54,716 nucleotides of DNA from an uncultured virus (IMG/VR IMGVR_UViG_3300032050_000032). Taxonomy: Duplodnaviria > Heunggongvirae > Uroviricota > Caudoviricetes. The position numbers were made by a program, and so were the translations under genes. Positions 17,952 to 26,033 of the stretch are shown here, piece after piece (position 1 is the stretch's first letter; every line of letters begins with the position of its first letter). The DNA lies in the IMG/VR virus record IMGVR_UViG_3300032050_000032, one strand, 5' to 3'. The notes under the pieces were generated by a model. That model was not told the origin of the DNA, did no database searches, and worked only from the letters and a program-made list of their open reading frames with translations.

Positions 17952-18476
17952 TTATTTATGTTTGGTTAAAAAATCAAGTAATGATTTCAATCGGTCATCA
18001 GTTAGTACTGCCGTACCCTGTGATCCATTTTTTATCCAAGTTTTAAATTCGTATCTATTCCGTGTTGGGTTAAAGATAAAATTGTATTTGTCGAGTCCCG
18101 TATCCATTAATACGTATTCATTATCACTAACTCTACCTTCCTTTCCAACGGGAGGATCATAATCCTCACCACTTTCTTTACCAACTATTGCGTAGTTAAG
18201 TTCATCAAGAATCGCGTCAACAGGAATTTCCTCACCTTCTTCATTATAAAACATCCCTTCTGTCCCATACTCAGAATAATCAACAAGAGGAGTTCCCTCT
18301 TCAACAAGCCCATTATACATTTCAATAATATCTTCAGGAGATACAGAATTACCAAGTTCCATTCTAACCCCATCATATTTTCTTGGGATACGAATCATGC
18401 TCTCATCATTTTCATTAATCACTCGTCTAACAATCCTTGTTAAGTCTGATTCTGTTAGTCTAATTACTTTTTTCAT
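17952..18476 (-). CDS. LTE-leader family protein
   Basis: MKKVIRLTESDLTRIVRRVINE. Confidence 0.85.
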   Translation of the reverse strand: MKKVIRLTESDLTRIVRRVINENDESMIRIPRKYDGVRMELGNSVSPEDIIEMYNGLVEEGTPLVDYSEYGTEGMFYNEEGEEIPVDAILDELNYAIVGKESGEDYDPPVGKEGRVSDNEYVLMDTGLDKYNFIFNPTRNRYEFKTWIKNGSQGTAVLTDDRLKSLLDFLTKHK

Positions 18477-18492
18477 AGGTTTTGTTTTTTAT

Positions 18493-18792
18493 TTATAATG
18501 ATCCAAGATCATCGAATTTTTTAGCGTTTACATATGCATTATCCGCATATTTCAAAAAGTTATCACCATAGATTTTTGCCAATCTATTCATAATTAACTG
18601 AGGATTTTTTCTCATATATCTTAATATATCATTTGGTATTTGTTCATCATATTTACCAAACATATTTTGTAATTGTCTTTCACGAGGAATTTTATTAACA
18701 TGAGGTTCAATTGAGAACTCGTCTTCTTCTTCCTTAATGATTCTTTCAATCATATTTATTAATTCTTTCTCAGATAGTTTTATATTTTTCAT
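18493..18792 (-). CDS. LTE-leader family protein
   Basis: MKNIKLSEKELINMIERIIKE. Confidence 0.85.
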   Translation of the reverse strand: MKNIKLSEKELINMIERIIKEEEDEFSIEPHVNKIPRERQLQNMFGKYDEQIPNDILRYMRKNPQLIMNRLAKIYGDNFLKYADNAYVNAKKFDDLGSL

Positions 18793-18802
18793 ATTTTTTT
18801 AT

Positions 18803-19177
18803 TTAAAATAAAGATTCATCTGATATGTACGAATCATTTGATCCATATTCCTCATCCCATTGATTTAACAATTTTTTTGCCATTCTTCTAACCATTCTTT
18901 CATCCATATTTGATGTGATTGATGGACCATATCCATAAATTTCTGGATTACCGTTATTATCAAGAAGATAAACAACAATTACATCTTTTTCATTTTCTTC
19001 ATCAGGAAACATTGTTGCAACACCTGCCTTTAATCCCGATTCCGATTCAATCCCTTCAATGTCCTTAATCTCACCAAAATCACTAATTGTACCCAATTCG
19101 GCAATTTCACCTTCGGTGATTATGTTTCTAATCAAGTTAACTAATTCTGATTCGGTTAGTCTTATTACTTTTTTCAT
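18803..19177 (-). CDS. LTE-leader family protein
   Basis: MKKVIRLTESELVNLIRNIITE. Confidence 0.85.
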   Translation of the reverse strand: MKKVIRLTESELVNLIRNIITEGEIAELGTISDFGEIKDIEGIESESGLKAGVATMFPDEENEKDVIVVYLLDNNGNPEIYGYGPSITSNMDERMVRRMAKKLLNQWDEEYGSNDSYISDESLF

Positions 19178-19188
19178 ATTAATAAATA

Positions 19189-21021
19189 TTACGCTAATTT
19201 AGTTCCTGCAATACCTTTAAACGGCCAATCAGGAGTAGTTTCTAATTTTGTATATAATTTACCCCAATTTGTTTTCAAATTATCAATTGATCCTTCAGGA
19301 GAATATTGTTTAGATGTTCTATTGAGGTAAACTTTATCAAACATTCTATAAAATTTATTTAGGTAATCTCTTACATCACCATATAAATCATCTTTGTTTA
19401 TTGTTTTATTTTCATATTCACCATCTTCATTTCTTCTTAAACTTAATACAGGTTCTTCAGTAGTTCCTTGATTGTTAATTTCGTTAACAATCTTAGGGTA
19501 ATCCGTCTGTAATCTTGTTAATATATTTTGATATACATCATCAGGAAGTGGTGATTGTAATTTTTTAGAGGCTTCTGCCCTTGGGTTAAATAATGGTGTC
19601 AATTGAGTTCCTAAATATAATATCAAGTTAAACATATCTTGATTTAGAATATCTAACCTATCTAACAATACGGCTTTTTGATCCAATTTTAATTTTTTTC
19701 TTTTCCCTGTATTTGGATCAATTTCTTCTTCAGGTTTTTCACCAGCCGATCTCATTGTTGATATTTTTTCTTGTTTTAATACCCCAACATAACTCATGGC
19801 ATTAGGAACTGTTGAGTCGGTACCCAACTCTAACTTAGTGTCCCCACAAGCGTCTAATCTTAACAGTTTACCTTGAATAATATTTGGTTTACCGTCAAAT
19901 ATAGGTTCGTTAACACCTGGTTTAGTAATTGTGACATTTGGGATGTCTTTATGTGCCGCAGTTGTACTCGCAATCATCCATATATCAATATAACCGTTTC
20001 CATTAGCAACAATACTTGCCGATTGTTCTGAAGTTATTTCAAATGAATCAGAACGACTACCACCAACATCACCTGCAGGTTTTAATTTACCATAACCGTA
20101 AGAATAAGTTCCATCACCATTTTTTAAATAACCATATCCAGGATTTAACCATTTTGGTCCAAATATTGGTGAAGAATCTGCTTTTGGGATACCTCTACTT
20201 GAATTTGAGTTATTTAAATTAGCCGTCATCCCACCAACACTATTATATAATAATGTGCTGTTGGCAAACATAAAGAATTCCGCATTTTGACAATTATGTG
20301 ACTCAACCCAAACTCTAATTTTTAATCCTGTTGCACATTTAGAATCAACAGTTTTTTTGACTGTACTTTTATTTACCTCAATTACAACCCTAAAGTATTG
20401 TTCACTATTATACTTTTTCTTTAATTCGTTAACTTGAGAATGTAAAGGATCTTTTGTATCACCAAGTATTTTCATATAGTTAGTTGTACAAACTGACCTT
20501 GATTGTTCTTTAGTTGAATTTGCGGGACAAAATACACTACCAATCCAAGGAGTCGTTCCAATTTTTTTATCTTCAGTTATCGTAAAATTTGTGTTAATCC
20601 CTTCAGATTTCCAAGAATCAAAAATTGGGGTTATGTATTTTTTTAGTGTATTTAATCTTGCATCATTTAAATAATTTGGATCAACTCTTTTTCCACCTTC
20701 TTGATTATCCGTGTTTGGTATTTGAGATTCACCACTTTCTAATTTAACACTAACAACATAACCCGTAGGATTTTTTTTCAAAAATTCCTTAATATTATTT
20801 AAACCATCTTTTAAAGTTGTGTCAACATCCCAATTATATGTTGTTCCATTTGGTGATGTATATGAGAATTTTGGATTATAATATCCTGGAGCAAAATTAA
20901 TAGTTTTATCTAATTTAAGTGTTTCTGTTGATTTTGCAGGTACCGGATTAGCCTCCTTAAGTATTCCATAAAGATTTAGGATGCGTTTTTTTTCATCTTC
21001 CGTAATTAAAATTTTACCCAT
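19189..21021 (-). CDS. Large hypothetical protein with ITE leader
   Basis: MGKILITEDEKKRILNLYGILKE, 610 aa. Confidence 0.8.
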   Translation of the reverse strand: MGKILITEDEKKRILNLYGILKEANPVPAKSTETLKLDKTINFAPGYYNPKFSYTSPNGTTYNWDVDTTLKDGLNNIKEFLKKNPTGYVVSVKLESGESQIPNTDNQEGGKRVDPNYLNDARLNTLKKYITPIFDSWKSEGINTNFTITEDKKIGTTPWIGSVFCPANSTKEQSRSVCTTNYMKILGDTKDPLHSQVNELKKKYNSEQYFRVVIEVNKSTVKKTVDSKCATGLKIRVWVESHNCQNAEFFMFANSTLLYNSVGGMTANLNNSNSSRGIPKADSSPIFGPKWLNPGYGYLKNGDGTYSYGYGKLKPAGDVGGSRSDSFEITSEQSASIVANGNGYIDIWMIASTTAAHKDIPNVTITKPGVNEPIFDGKPNIIQGKLLRLDACGDTKLELGTDSTVPNAMSYVGVLKQEKISTMRSAGEKPEEEIDPNTGKRKKLKLDQKAVLLDRLDILNQDMFNLILYLGTQLTPLFNPRAEASKKLQSPLPDDVYQNILTRLQTDYPKIVNEINNQGTTEEPVLSLRRNEDGEYENKTINKDDLYGDVRDYLNKFYRMFDKVYLNRTSKQYSPEGSIDNLKTNWGKLYTKLETTPDWPFKGIAGTKLA

Positions 21022-21084
21022 AAATATAAATATAAATATGTATGAAACAAAAAAAACACCCGTTAGGGTGCTTTTTAAAATAGA

Positions 21085-21149
21085 TTAGTACAAGGACTCG
21101 AACCTGTTATTCTCCCATTGAGTGGGTGCGTTCTCCTACACGCTCACTA
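21085..21149 (-). pseudogene. Degenerate tRNA-like remnant
   Basis: CAGG-TTCGAGT-CCT T arm retained; acceptor stem poorly paired. Confidence 0.35.
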
Positions 21150-21155
21150 TATCCA

Positions 21156-21425
21156 TTATTTTACCTCAATAATTGTGTAGGTACCTTCCATTACACCCCA
21201 AGAAGATGATTCGTGGAATGTATACACCTGACAAGAATCTTGTGGTGTCATCGGACGAGTCAAATACCAAATCTGACTTTCCTTCCAAGTTACATTTATC
21301 AACTTTTGTCCCCTTGGTAATGTGAGAGTTCCATCCCCACCCCAATTCTTTACTCGGTTATTTTCAGTACAAGAAGACACTCCAAATAGGGATACTAATC
21401 CCAAAATAAACAACACTTTTTTCAT
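21156..21425 (-). CDS. Small lipoprotein
   Basis: Signal peptide ending in lipobox VSSC. Confidence 0.75.
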   Translation of the reverse strand: MKKVLFILGLVSLFGVSSCTENNRVKNWGGDGTLTLPRGQKLINVTWKESQIWYLTRPMTPQDSCQVYTFHESSSWGVMEGTYTIIEVK

Positions 21426-21443
21426 ATAATTTAATTAATTTTT

Positions 21444-21728
21444 TTACAATTCCTGAACTTGTTTCATAATATTAGTTACTTCTCCAGAAGAAAGATATCC
21501 CATAACATCATTTGTAATTGGTGTATTATAAGTCAAGTCCCACTCATTTTCATCACCAAAGATAACCGCAAGTTCCCATTGGTTATTATTGTTTGTATAT
21601 GATCCGTATCGTCCATTGATTTTAAACCTAACAACAGATACTCCATATCCATTAGGGAAAAATATCAACCCGTGAAGTCCATCACCAACTGGATGAGATT
21701 TAAAATCTATATCATTAAATGTTTTCAT
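21444..21728 (-). CDS. Hypothetical phage protein
   Basis: F.NGYGVSV ... V.GYL pattern common in phage ORFs. Confidence 0.75.
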   Translation of the reverse strand: MKTFNDIDFKSHPVGDGLHGLIFFPNGYGVSVVRFKINGRYGSYTNNNNQWELAVIFGDENEWDLTYNTPITNDVMGYLSSGEVTNIMKQVQEL

Positions 21729-21920
21729 AATCAATTAAATAAAAGTTTTTTGTGTTTTGTTTTTCTAGTATAAAGATTCTTAGGTGTTTCAACTCTTGAT
21801 ACAAATCTCCCATCAAAGAAACCTGCCTCAATCTGATCCTTTCTTACCTGTGTTCTTTTTGTCTTATGTTGATCATATGCTTTCATCTCATTTGTTTTTT
21901 ACAAAGATATAAAAATTTAT

Positions 21921-22163
21921 TTACCACTTTCTTTTTTTATCAAGTTTTTTTGATTTTTGTTCTTCCATCATATTGGCATACTCTATTTTGGTGAGTCGTT
22001 TAAATGAATCATCATCAACACCCCCGAATCTTTTTTTCGCGCTTGATTTTGCTTGGATGAGGTTTTTACCCCATACAATGTTCGATCCCACCACTTCATT
22101 GTTTTTAACCATATTAAAAACATATAAGAACTCCCCTTCTTTGTTCGTCATCAACTTTTCCAT
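21921..22163 (-). CDS. Hypothetical protein
   Basis: Start moved to MEKLMT; the longer call overlaps tRNA-Leu. Confidence 0.6.
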   Translation of the reverse strand: MEKLMTNKEGEFLYVFNMVKNNEVVGSNIVWGKNLIQAKSSAKKRFGGVDDDSFKRLTKIEYANMMEEQKSKKLDKKRKW

Positions 22164-22181
22164 TTTTTTATTTTTTGTTTG

Positions 22182-22262
22182 TACCCCCGGAGAGACTCGA
22201 ACTCTCACACCACTTGGCATCAGATCCTAAATCTGACGTGTCTACCATTCCACCACGGAGGC
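22182..22262 (-). tRNA. tRNA-Leu(TAG)
   Basis: Class II cloverleaf, loop TTTAGGA. Confidence 0.93.
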
Positions 22263-22270
22263 ATTTATTG

Positions 22271-22343
22271 AGCTCAGGGAGGGATTCGAACCCCCGTACC
22301 AAGGTTTTGCAGACCTGGGCCTAAACCACTCGACCACCTGAGC
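22271..22343 (-). tRNA. tRNA-Cys(GCA)
   Basis: Loop CTGCAAA, U73. Confidence 0.92.
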
Positions 22344-22345
22344 AA

Positions 22346-22801
22346 TTAACGACAGTGGTGATCTGCCGCTCTTGTTGCAATTTGATTATCGGGTTTAATA
22401 TTTGATTTATACCCTAATGATGTTGCCCACCCAACAACTGGTTGAACCAATTTTGAACTAAAGTATTTTTCTTCACTATTGTAGTCCAAATCAATTTCAA
22501 CTTGTACCTTCACCTTTTGAGTTAACCATTCAGCAACTTCAATTGAATAATCGGCTTCATTCCATAACCTTGTCCATTTGTCTTTAATCTTTTTTACCTT
22601 TTGTTTATGTAGGATATAGTGGACACCTCTATTTCCGTATCTGTACGCAATTACAGTAACATAAACGGTACTTCTTCTGTGATTCTGAGAGTCAGTTCCT
22701 ATGTGTATCTCAACCCAAGGACATTCTTTTAAAATGTTTAAGGTGTGGTTTACCACATCAGGAATCGCCTCACCATTAACTGTTCTAAATACTCTATTCA
22801 T
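22346..22801 (-). CDS. RNase H-like YkuK/DUF458 family protein
   Basis: IGTDSQ, RL.NEA..S, E.D.D.N, A..AAD motifs. Confidence 0.8.
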   Translation of the reverse strand: MNRVFRTVNGEAIPDVVNHTLNILKECPWVEIHIGTDSQNHRRSTVYVTVIAYRYGNRGVHYILHKQKVKKIKDKWTRLWNEADYSIEVAEWLTQKVKVQVEIDLDYNSEEKYFSSKLVQPVVGWATSLGYKSNIKPDNQIATRAADHHCR

Positions 22802-22817
22802 TATTTCTATTTATTTG

Positions 22818-22890
22818 TGGACAGAGAGGGTTTCGAACCCCCGACGCTCGGCTCTTCAGGCCGACGCTCTACCAACTGAGCTACCTGTCC
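22818..22890 (-). tRNA. tRNA-Phe(GAA)
   Basis: Loop CTGAAGA. Confidence 0.93.
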
Positions 22891-23324
22891 TCATTAATAT
22901 TTTTTAATTTACAACCTTCAAAATAATGTAGTTCCCTATGACAATTAGAACATAATGGTATACATTTTCTGATTTCTTCTTTTATTTTAGTTAATGAAAA
23001 CCCTGATTTTATCATTTTTGAAATTTCATATTGTTTATCTTTTGTGTGATGAAAATCAATGACATACCATCTATTGTCTCCACAATTCAAACACTTTAAA
23101 AATTTTTTATATTTTTTAATAAATTCTTTATTAAATTTAATCTGTTCATTTGACCTAGTTCTAATTTTTTTTTGCCTATCGGGGTTAGTTTTATAATTTT
23201 CCTTATCTATTTCTGAAATACAAACTTTACACTTACTCCTCTTTTTATTTAGTTTTTTATTTTTCCAACTAAACTCCTCAATATTTTTAATTAAACCACA
23301 TCCTGTACATTTTCTATTTTCCAT
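22881..23324 (-). CDS. HNH endonuclease with N-terminal Zn finger, inside the tRNA array
   Basis: CxxC...CxxC, CxxC..DFHH...LCSNCHRELH; stop codon lies inside tRNA-Phe. Confidence 0.8.
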   Translation of the reverse strand: MENRKCTGCGLIKNIEEFSWKNKKLNKKRSKCKVCISEIDKENYKTNPDRQKKIRTRSNEQIKFNKEFIKKYKKFLKCLNCGDNRWYVIDFHHTKDKQYEISKMIKSGFSLTKIKEEIRKCIPLCSNCHRELHYFEGCKLKNINEDR

Positions 23325-23393
23325 AATAATTCTTTTTATATAAATATCATTAAAAATAAAAAAGGACTGAAAGTACCAAAAATTTTTCGGTTC

Positions 23394-23894
23394 TTATTTA
23401 ATTTCAAACGCCGCCCTCATAGGTCGTTTGATTTTTACCGCATCTTCATAGTTACCAATCACAACACCATCTTTAATTGTAAATGCGTGTCCTTTAACTA
23501 ATACGAAGAATGTACCTTTAGGGTTTTTCTTTACAAATGTACCAACAGTCATTTGTCTTTTAACTTGTTCACCTTTCACTTTTACATCATATGAAAGTGA
23601 ATATGGATAAGCAAAACTACTACACTTTGTCCCAATAGGTGTAATCTTCTTACTGTTAACTTTAATTAAACTCTCAGATAGTTTAACCATTTTAGATGCA
23701 GTAAAATATGTACCCTTTCTTGGTTTTCTTTTAAACTCTTCCGCAACATACTTATGGGCATAATCATAAGAAACATCAAATGCCGAAGCAAACGCCCTAA
23801 CAACACAATCGTTTGTTTCGGTTCTTGCAGTTGCAGAATCAGTATAACCTTTAATCGCTTTTCCTGTAGATTCGTATGGTAATTTGTTTTTCAT
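23394..23894 (-). CDS. Hypothetical phage protein (NDCVVRA...H motif)
   Basis: Conserved-looking Cys/His pair; own TATCTTTA promoter-like site. Confidence 0.7.
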   Translation of the reverse strand: MKNKLPYESTGKAIKGYTDSATARTETNDCVVRAFASAFDVSYDYAHKYVAEEFKRKPRKGTYFTASKMVKLSESLIKVNSKKITPIGTKCSSFAYPYSLSYDVKVKGEQVKRQMTVGTFVKKNPKGTFFVLVKGHAFTIKDGVVIGNYEDAVKIKRPMRAAFEIK

Positions 23895-23938
23895 ACTGTA
23901 AAGATACAAAAAGTTTTTTAATTGGCAAAATTAAAAAT

Positions 23939-24012
23939 TGGCACACAGTGTAGGGATCGAACCTACCCGGCGAGGTTTTGGAGACCTGCCCGACACCCTG
24001 TCTGTACTGTGT
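23939..24012 (-). tRNA. tRNA-Trp(CCA), short D arm
   Basis: Loop CTCCAAA, G73 and encoded CCA. Confidence 0.85.
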
Positions 24013-24018
24013 ATGTTG

Positions 24019-24091
24019 TACCCTCGGAGAGATTCAAACTCCCATCTCACGATCCGTAGTCGTGTGTTCTGTTCGATTGAACTACAAAGGC
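24019..24091 (-). tRNA. tRNA-Arg(ACG)
   Basis: Loop CTACGGA. Confidence 0.9.
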
Positions 24092-24225
24092 ATAATAGTT
24101 TTGGTCAACCACTCGCATCCCACCGATTTCTTGAATCAAACTTTTTGTAGTCCAAACGATTATTAATCTCCTACGACTCATTCTCAACTCACTCGCCTAA
24201 GCCTTGTCCGTTGTAAACTATTTTG

Positions 24226-24299
24226 TGTGTATGATGGGTTACGATCCCATTACCTTCGGTTCCACAAACCGACGCTCTCCCGATTGAGCTACATACACC
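24226..24299 (-). tRNA. tRNA-His(GTG)
   Basis: Loop TTGTGGA, G-1 present, A rather than C at position 73. Confidence 0.88.
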
Positions 24300-24306
24300 A
24301 TATAAG

Positions 24307-24374
24307 TCCCGTATGTTGGACTTGAACCAACCTAAAGTCGGATATGAGCCAACTTTGATCCCTGATCATACGGG
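24307..24374 (-). tRNA. tRNA-Met(CAT), truncated D arm
   Basis: CCCGTAT/ATACGGG acceptor, GTTGG-CTCATAT-CCGAC, 68 nt. Confidence 0.7.
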
Positions 24375-24380
24375 TTGTTG

Positions 24381-24464
24381 CGGAAGACATTGGAATCGAA
24401 CCAAATACCCGAAGGTACATCTCGCTTAGCAGGCGGACCCTATCGCCATCAAGGTTTATCTTCC
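24381..24464 (-). tRNA. tRNA-Ser(GCT)
   Basis: Class II, loop CTGCTAA. Confidence 0.88.
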
Positions 24465-24468
24465 GTAG

Positions 24469-24541
24469 TGCTCATCACCGGTTACGATCCGATTCTCTCC
24501 ACGATATCAGCGTGGTGCTTTCCCAATTAAGCTAGATGAGC
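24469..24541 (-). tRNA. tRNA-Ile(GAT)
   Basis: Loop CTGATAT. Confidence 0.9.
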
Positions 24542-24706
24542 TGGTGCGTATTTAGGGGTATTTATTAACCACCCCCTCAGCTCGCCAGCATCTCGGTGGT
24601 TGATACTTTAGTCGTGGGGAACCCACCTTCCACTTCTTACTAGATTCTTGTGGTCTACTTACTATAGTTCATACCGTTACCACTGGGGAACCCAACATTG
24701 TATCTT

Positions 24707-24782
24707 TGGCGGACAAGGTAGGGTACGATCCTACAACCTATCGGTTAACAGCCGATTGCTCTACCAATTGAGCTACTTGTCC
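24707..24782 (-). tRNA. tRNA-Asn(GTT)
   Basis: Loop CTGTTAA, encoded CCA. Confidence 0.93.
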
Positions 24783-24790
24783 ATTTGTTG

Positions 24791-24873
24791 TGGGAGAGGA
24801 GGGACTCGAACCCCCAAGGTCTTACGACGACAGATTTACAGTCTGCTGAGCCAACCAATTGCTCAACTCTCCC
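24791..24873 (-). tRNA. tRNA-Tyr(GTA)
   Basis: Class II, loop CTGTAAA. Confidence 0.93.
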
Positions 24874-24878
24874 TTTTG

Positions 24879-24952
24879 TACACCCTACAGGGATCGAACC
24901 TGTGACCTGTTGTATGTAAAACAACCGCTACTACCATCTGAGCTAAAGGTGT
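24879..24952 (-). tRNA. tRNA-Val(TAC)
   Basis: Loop TTTACAT. Confidence 0.9.
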
Positions 24953-25028
24953 GTGTTTAGAGAATTTTAATCTTTATATCATTGGCGTATGCACCATCGC
25001 CCTATTTGATTATTATTCTCTAAATCTG

Positions 25029-25103
25029 TGATCCCGGTGAGGCTCGAACTCACGACCCCTCCATTAAAAGTGGAGTGCTCTAAACCAACTGAGCTACGAG
25101 ATC
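25029..25103 (-). tRNA. tRNA-Lys(TTT)
   Basis: Loop CTTTTAA. Confidence 0.93.
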
Positions 25104-25121
25104 TTCTGTTTGTCGTACTTG

Positions 25122-25310
25122 TCACTTTCCATAGGACATTAATTTTTGATTGTTTAGGTTTATTTCTGTTTCTACTCTTTTTAGTTCTTCACTTAAATCC
25201 CCACGGTAGGATGGATCTTTACTAATCTTAACAAGACTAAGATAATAATGGTTTAAACCACTCAACTTACCTTTAATTGCAATTATTTCACATTCTTCGT
25301 TTGTTACCAT
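25122..25310 (-). CDS. Small hypothetical protein inside the tRNA array
   Basis: 62-aa ORF filling the gap between tRNA-Pro and tRNA-Lys. Confidence 0.6.
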   Translation of the reverse strand: MVTNEECEIIAIKGKLSGLNHYYLSLVKISKDPSYRGDLSEELKRVETEINLNNQKLMSYGK

Positions 25311-25325
25311 TTTTTAAAGTTTTAG

Positions 25326-25398
25326 TAGGGTAGACCGGACTCGAACCGACATCGTCCACATCCCAAATGTGGTGACTTACCAATTAGTCAACTACCCT
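25326..25398 (-). tRNA. tRNA-Pro(TGG)
   Basis: Loop TTTGGGA. Confidence 0.9.
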
Positions 25399-25404
25399 AT
25401 ATTG

Positions 25405-25488
25405 AGGAAGAGTGAGGTGTCGATCCCCATACCTTTCGGTACCTGCCGTTTTCAAGACGGAGTCACAAGCCGTTGTGATTACCCTTCC
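25405..25488 (-). tRNA. tRNA-Ser(TGA)
   Basis: Class II, loop CTTGAAA. Confidence 0.88.
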
Positions 25489-25492
25489 ATTG

Positions 25493-25564
25493 TTGTTCCC
25501 CAAGGGTTCGAACCTCGATTCCATGGACCAAAACCATGTGTCCTGCCGATTAGACGAGGGAACA
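25493..25564 (-). tRNA. tRNA-Gln(TTG)
   Basis: Loop TTTTGGT, U1-A72. Confidence 0.92.
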
Positions 25565-25606
25565 TTAATGAAGCCAATATGTCAAAGAACTCTTTCTTTT
25601 TGTTTG

Positions 25607-25678
25607 AGGTTTCTATCAGGTTCGAACTGATGACTCTGGGTTACAAATCCAGGGTATTACCAACTATACTAAGAAACC
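25607..25678 (-). tRNA. tRNA-Thr(TGT)
   Basis: Loop TTTGTAA. Confidence 0.88.
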
Positions 25679-25692
25679 AAATTTTTGGATAT

Positions 25693-25722
25693 AAAAAAAC
25701 CCTAACTGTTTTGAGTTAGGGT
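25693..25722 (-). terminator. Attenuator terminator of tRNA array 2
   Basis: ACCCTAACT-CAAAAC-AGTTAGGGT-TTTTTT, about 15 nt before tRNA-Thr. Confidence 0.85.
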
Positions 25723-25757
25723 CTTATATTCCTTTTTATGTTTTATGTTAATATCTA

Positions 25758-25865
25758 TCAACTCATAAACGAAAATGCCCTAATATCCGACTTCAGCGTA
25801 CGATACACGAACGACCACTGATTGCTCGGGATACAAATGTTCATATGTTTATTAGTTGTTTTCAT
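25758..25865 (-). CDS. Leader peptide 2 (MKTTNKHMNICIPSNQWSFVYRTLKSDIRAFSFMS), putative tRNA-sensing attenuator
   Basis: 35-codon ORF translated by hand; contains a codon for each of the 17 downstream tRNAs; its 3' end pairs with the terminator 5' arm. Confidence 0.8.
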   Translation of the reverse strand: MKTTNKHMNICIPSNQWSFVYRTLKSDIRAFSFMS

Positions 25866-25870
25866 TTTGT

Positions 25871-25945
25871 TATAAATATAGTGTTTTTACTAAAAGTTCA
25901 AATTTCTTGTACAAAGATAGGTACTTTTTTTAATTTGACAAGTGT
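25871..25945 (-). promoter_or_regulatory. Promoter region of array 2 (TATTTATA motif and TATCTTTG)
   Basis: Minus-strand TATTTATA at 25871-25878; TATCTTTG at about 25912-25919. Confidence 0.55.
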
Positions 25946-26033
25946 TTCATTGTTTTTTTATATATGAAAATATTTATTATAGTATATAATTTAAGATGAT
26001 GGTTATATAATTGTAAAAATTAAAAAAATTTAG

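Noticed and set aside
24956..25024. Fluoride riboswitch (GGCGATGGTG...CGCC)
   Set aside because: No downstream pseudoknot partner and no regulated CDS; the match is partial
23938..25719. Plus- and minus-strand ORF calls overlapping array-2 tRNAs
   Set aside because: Shadow frames of tRNA genes
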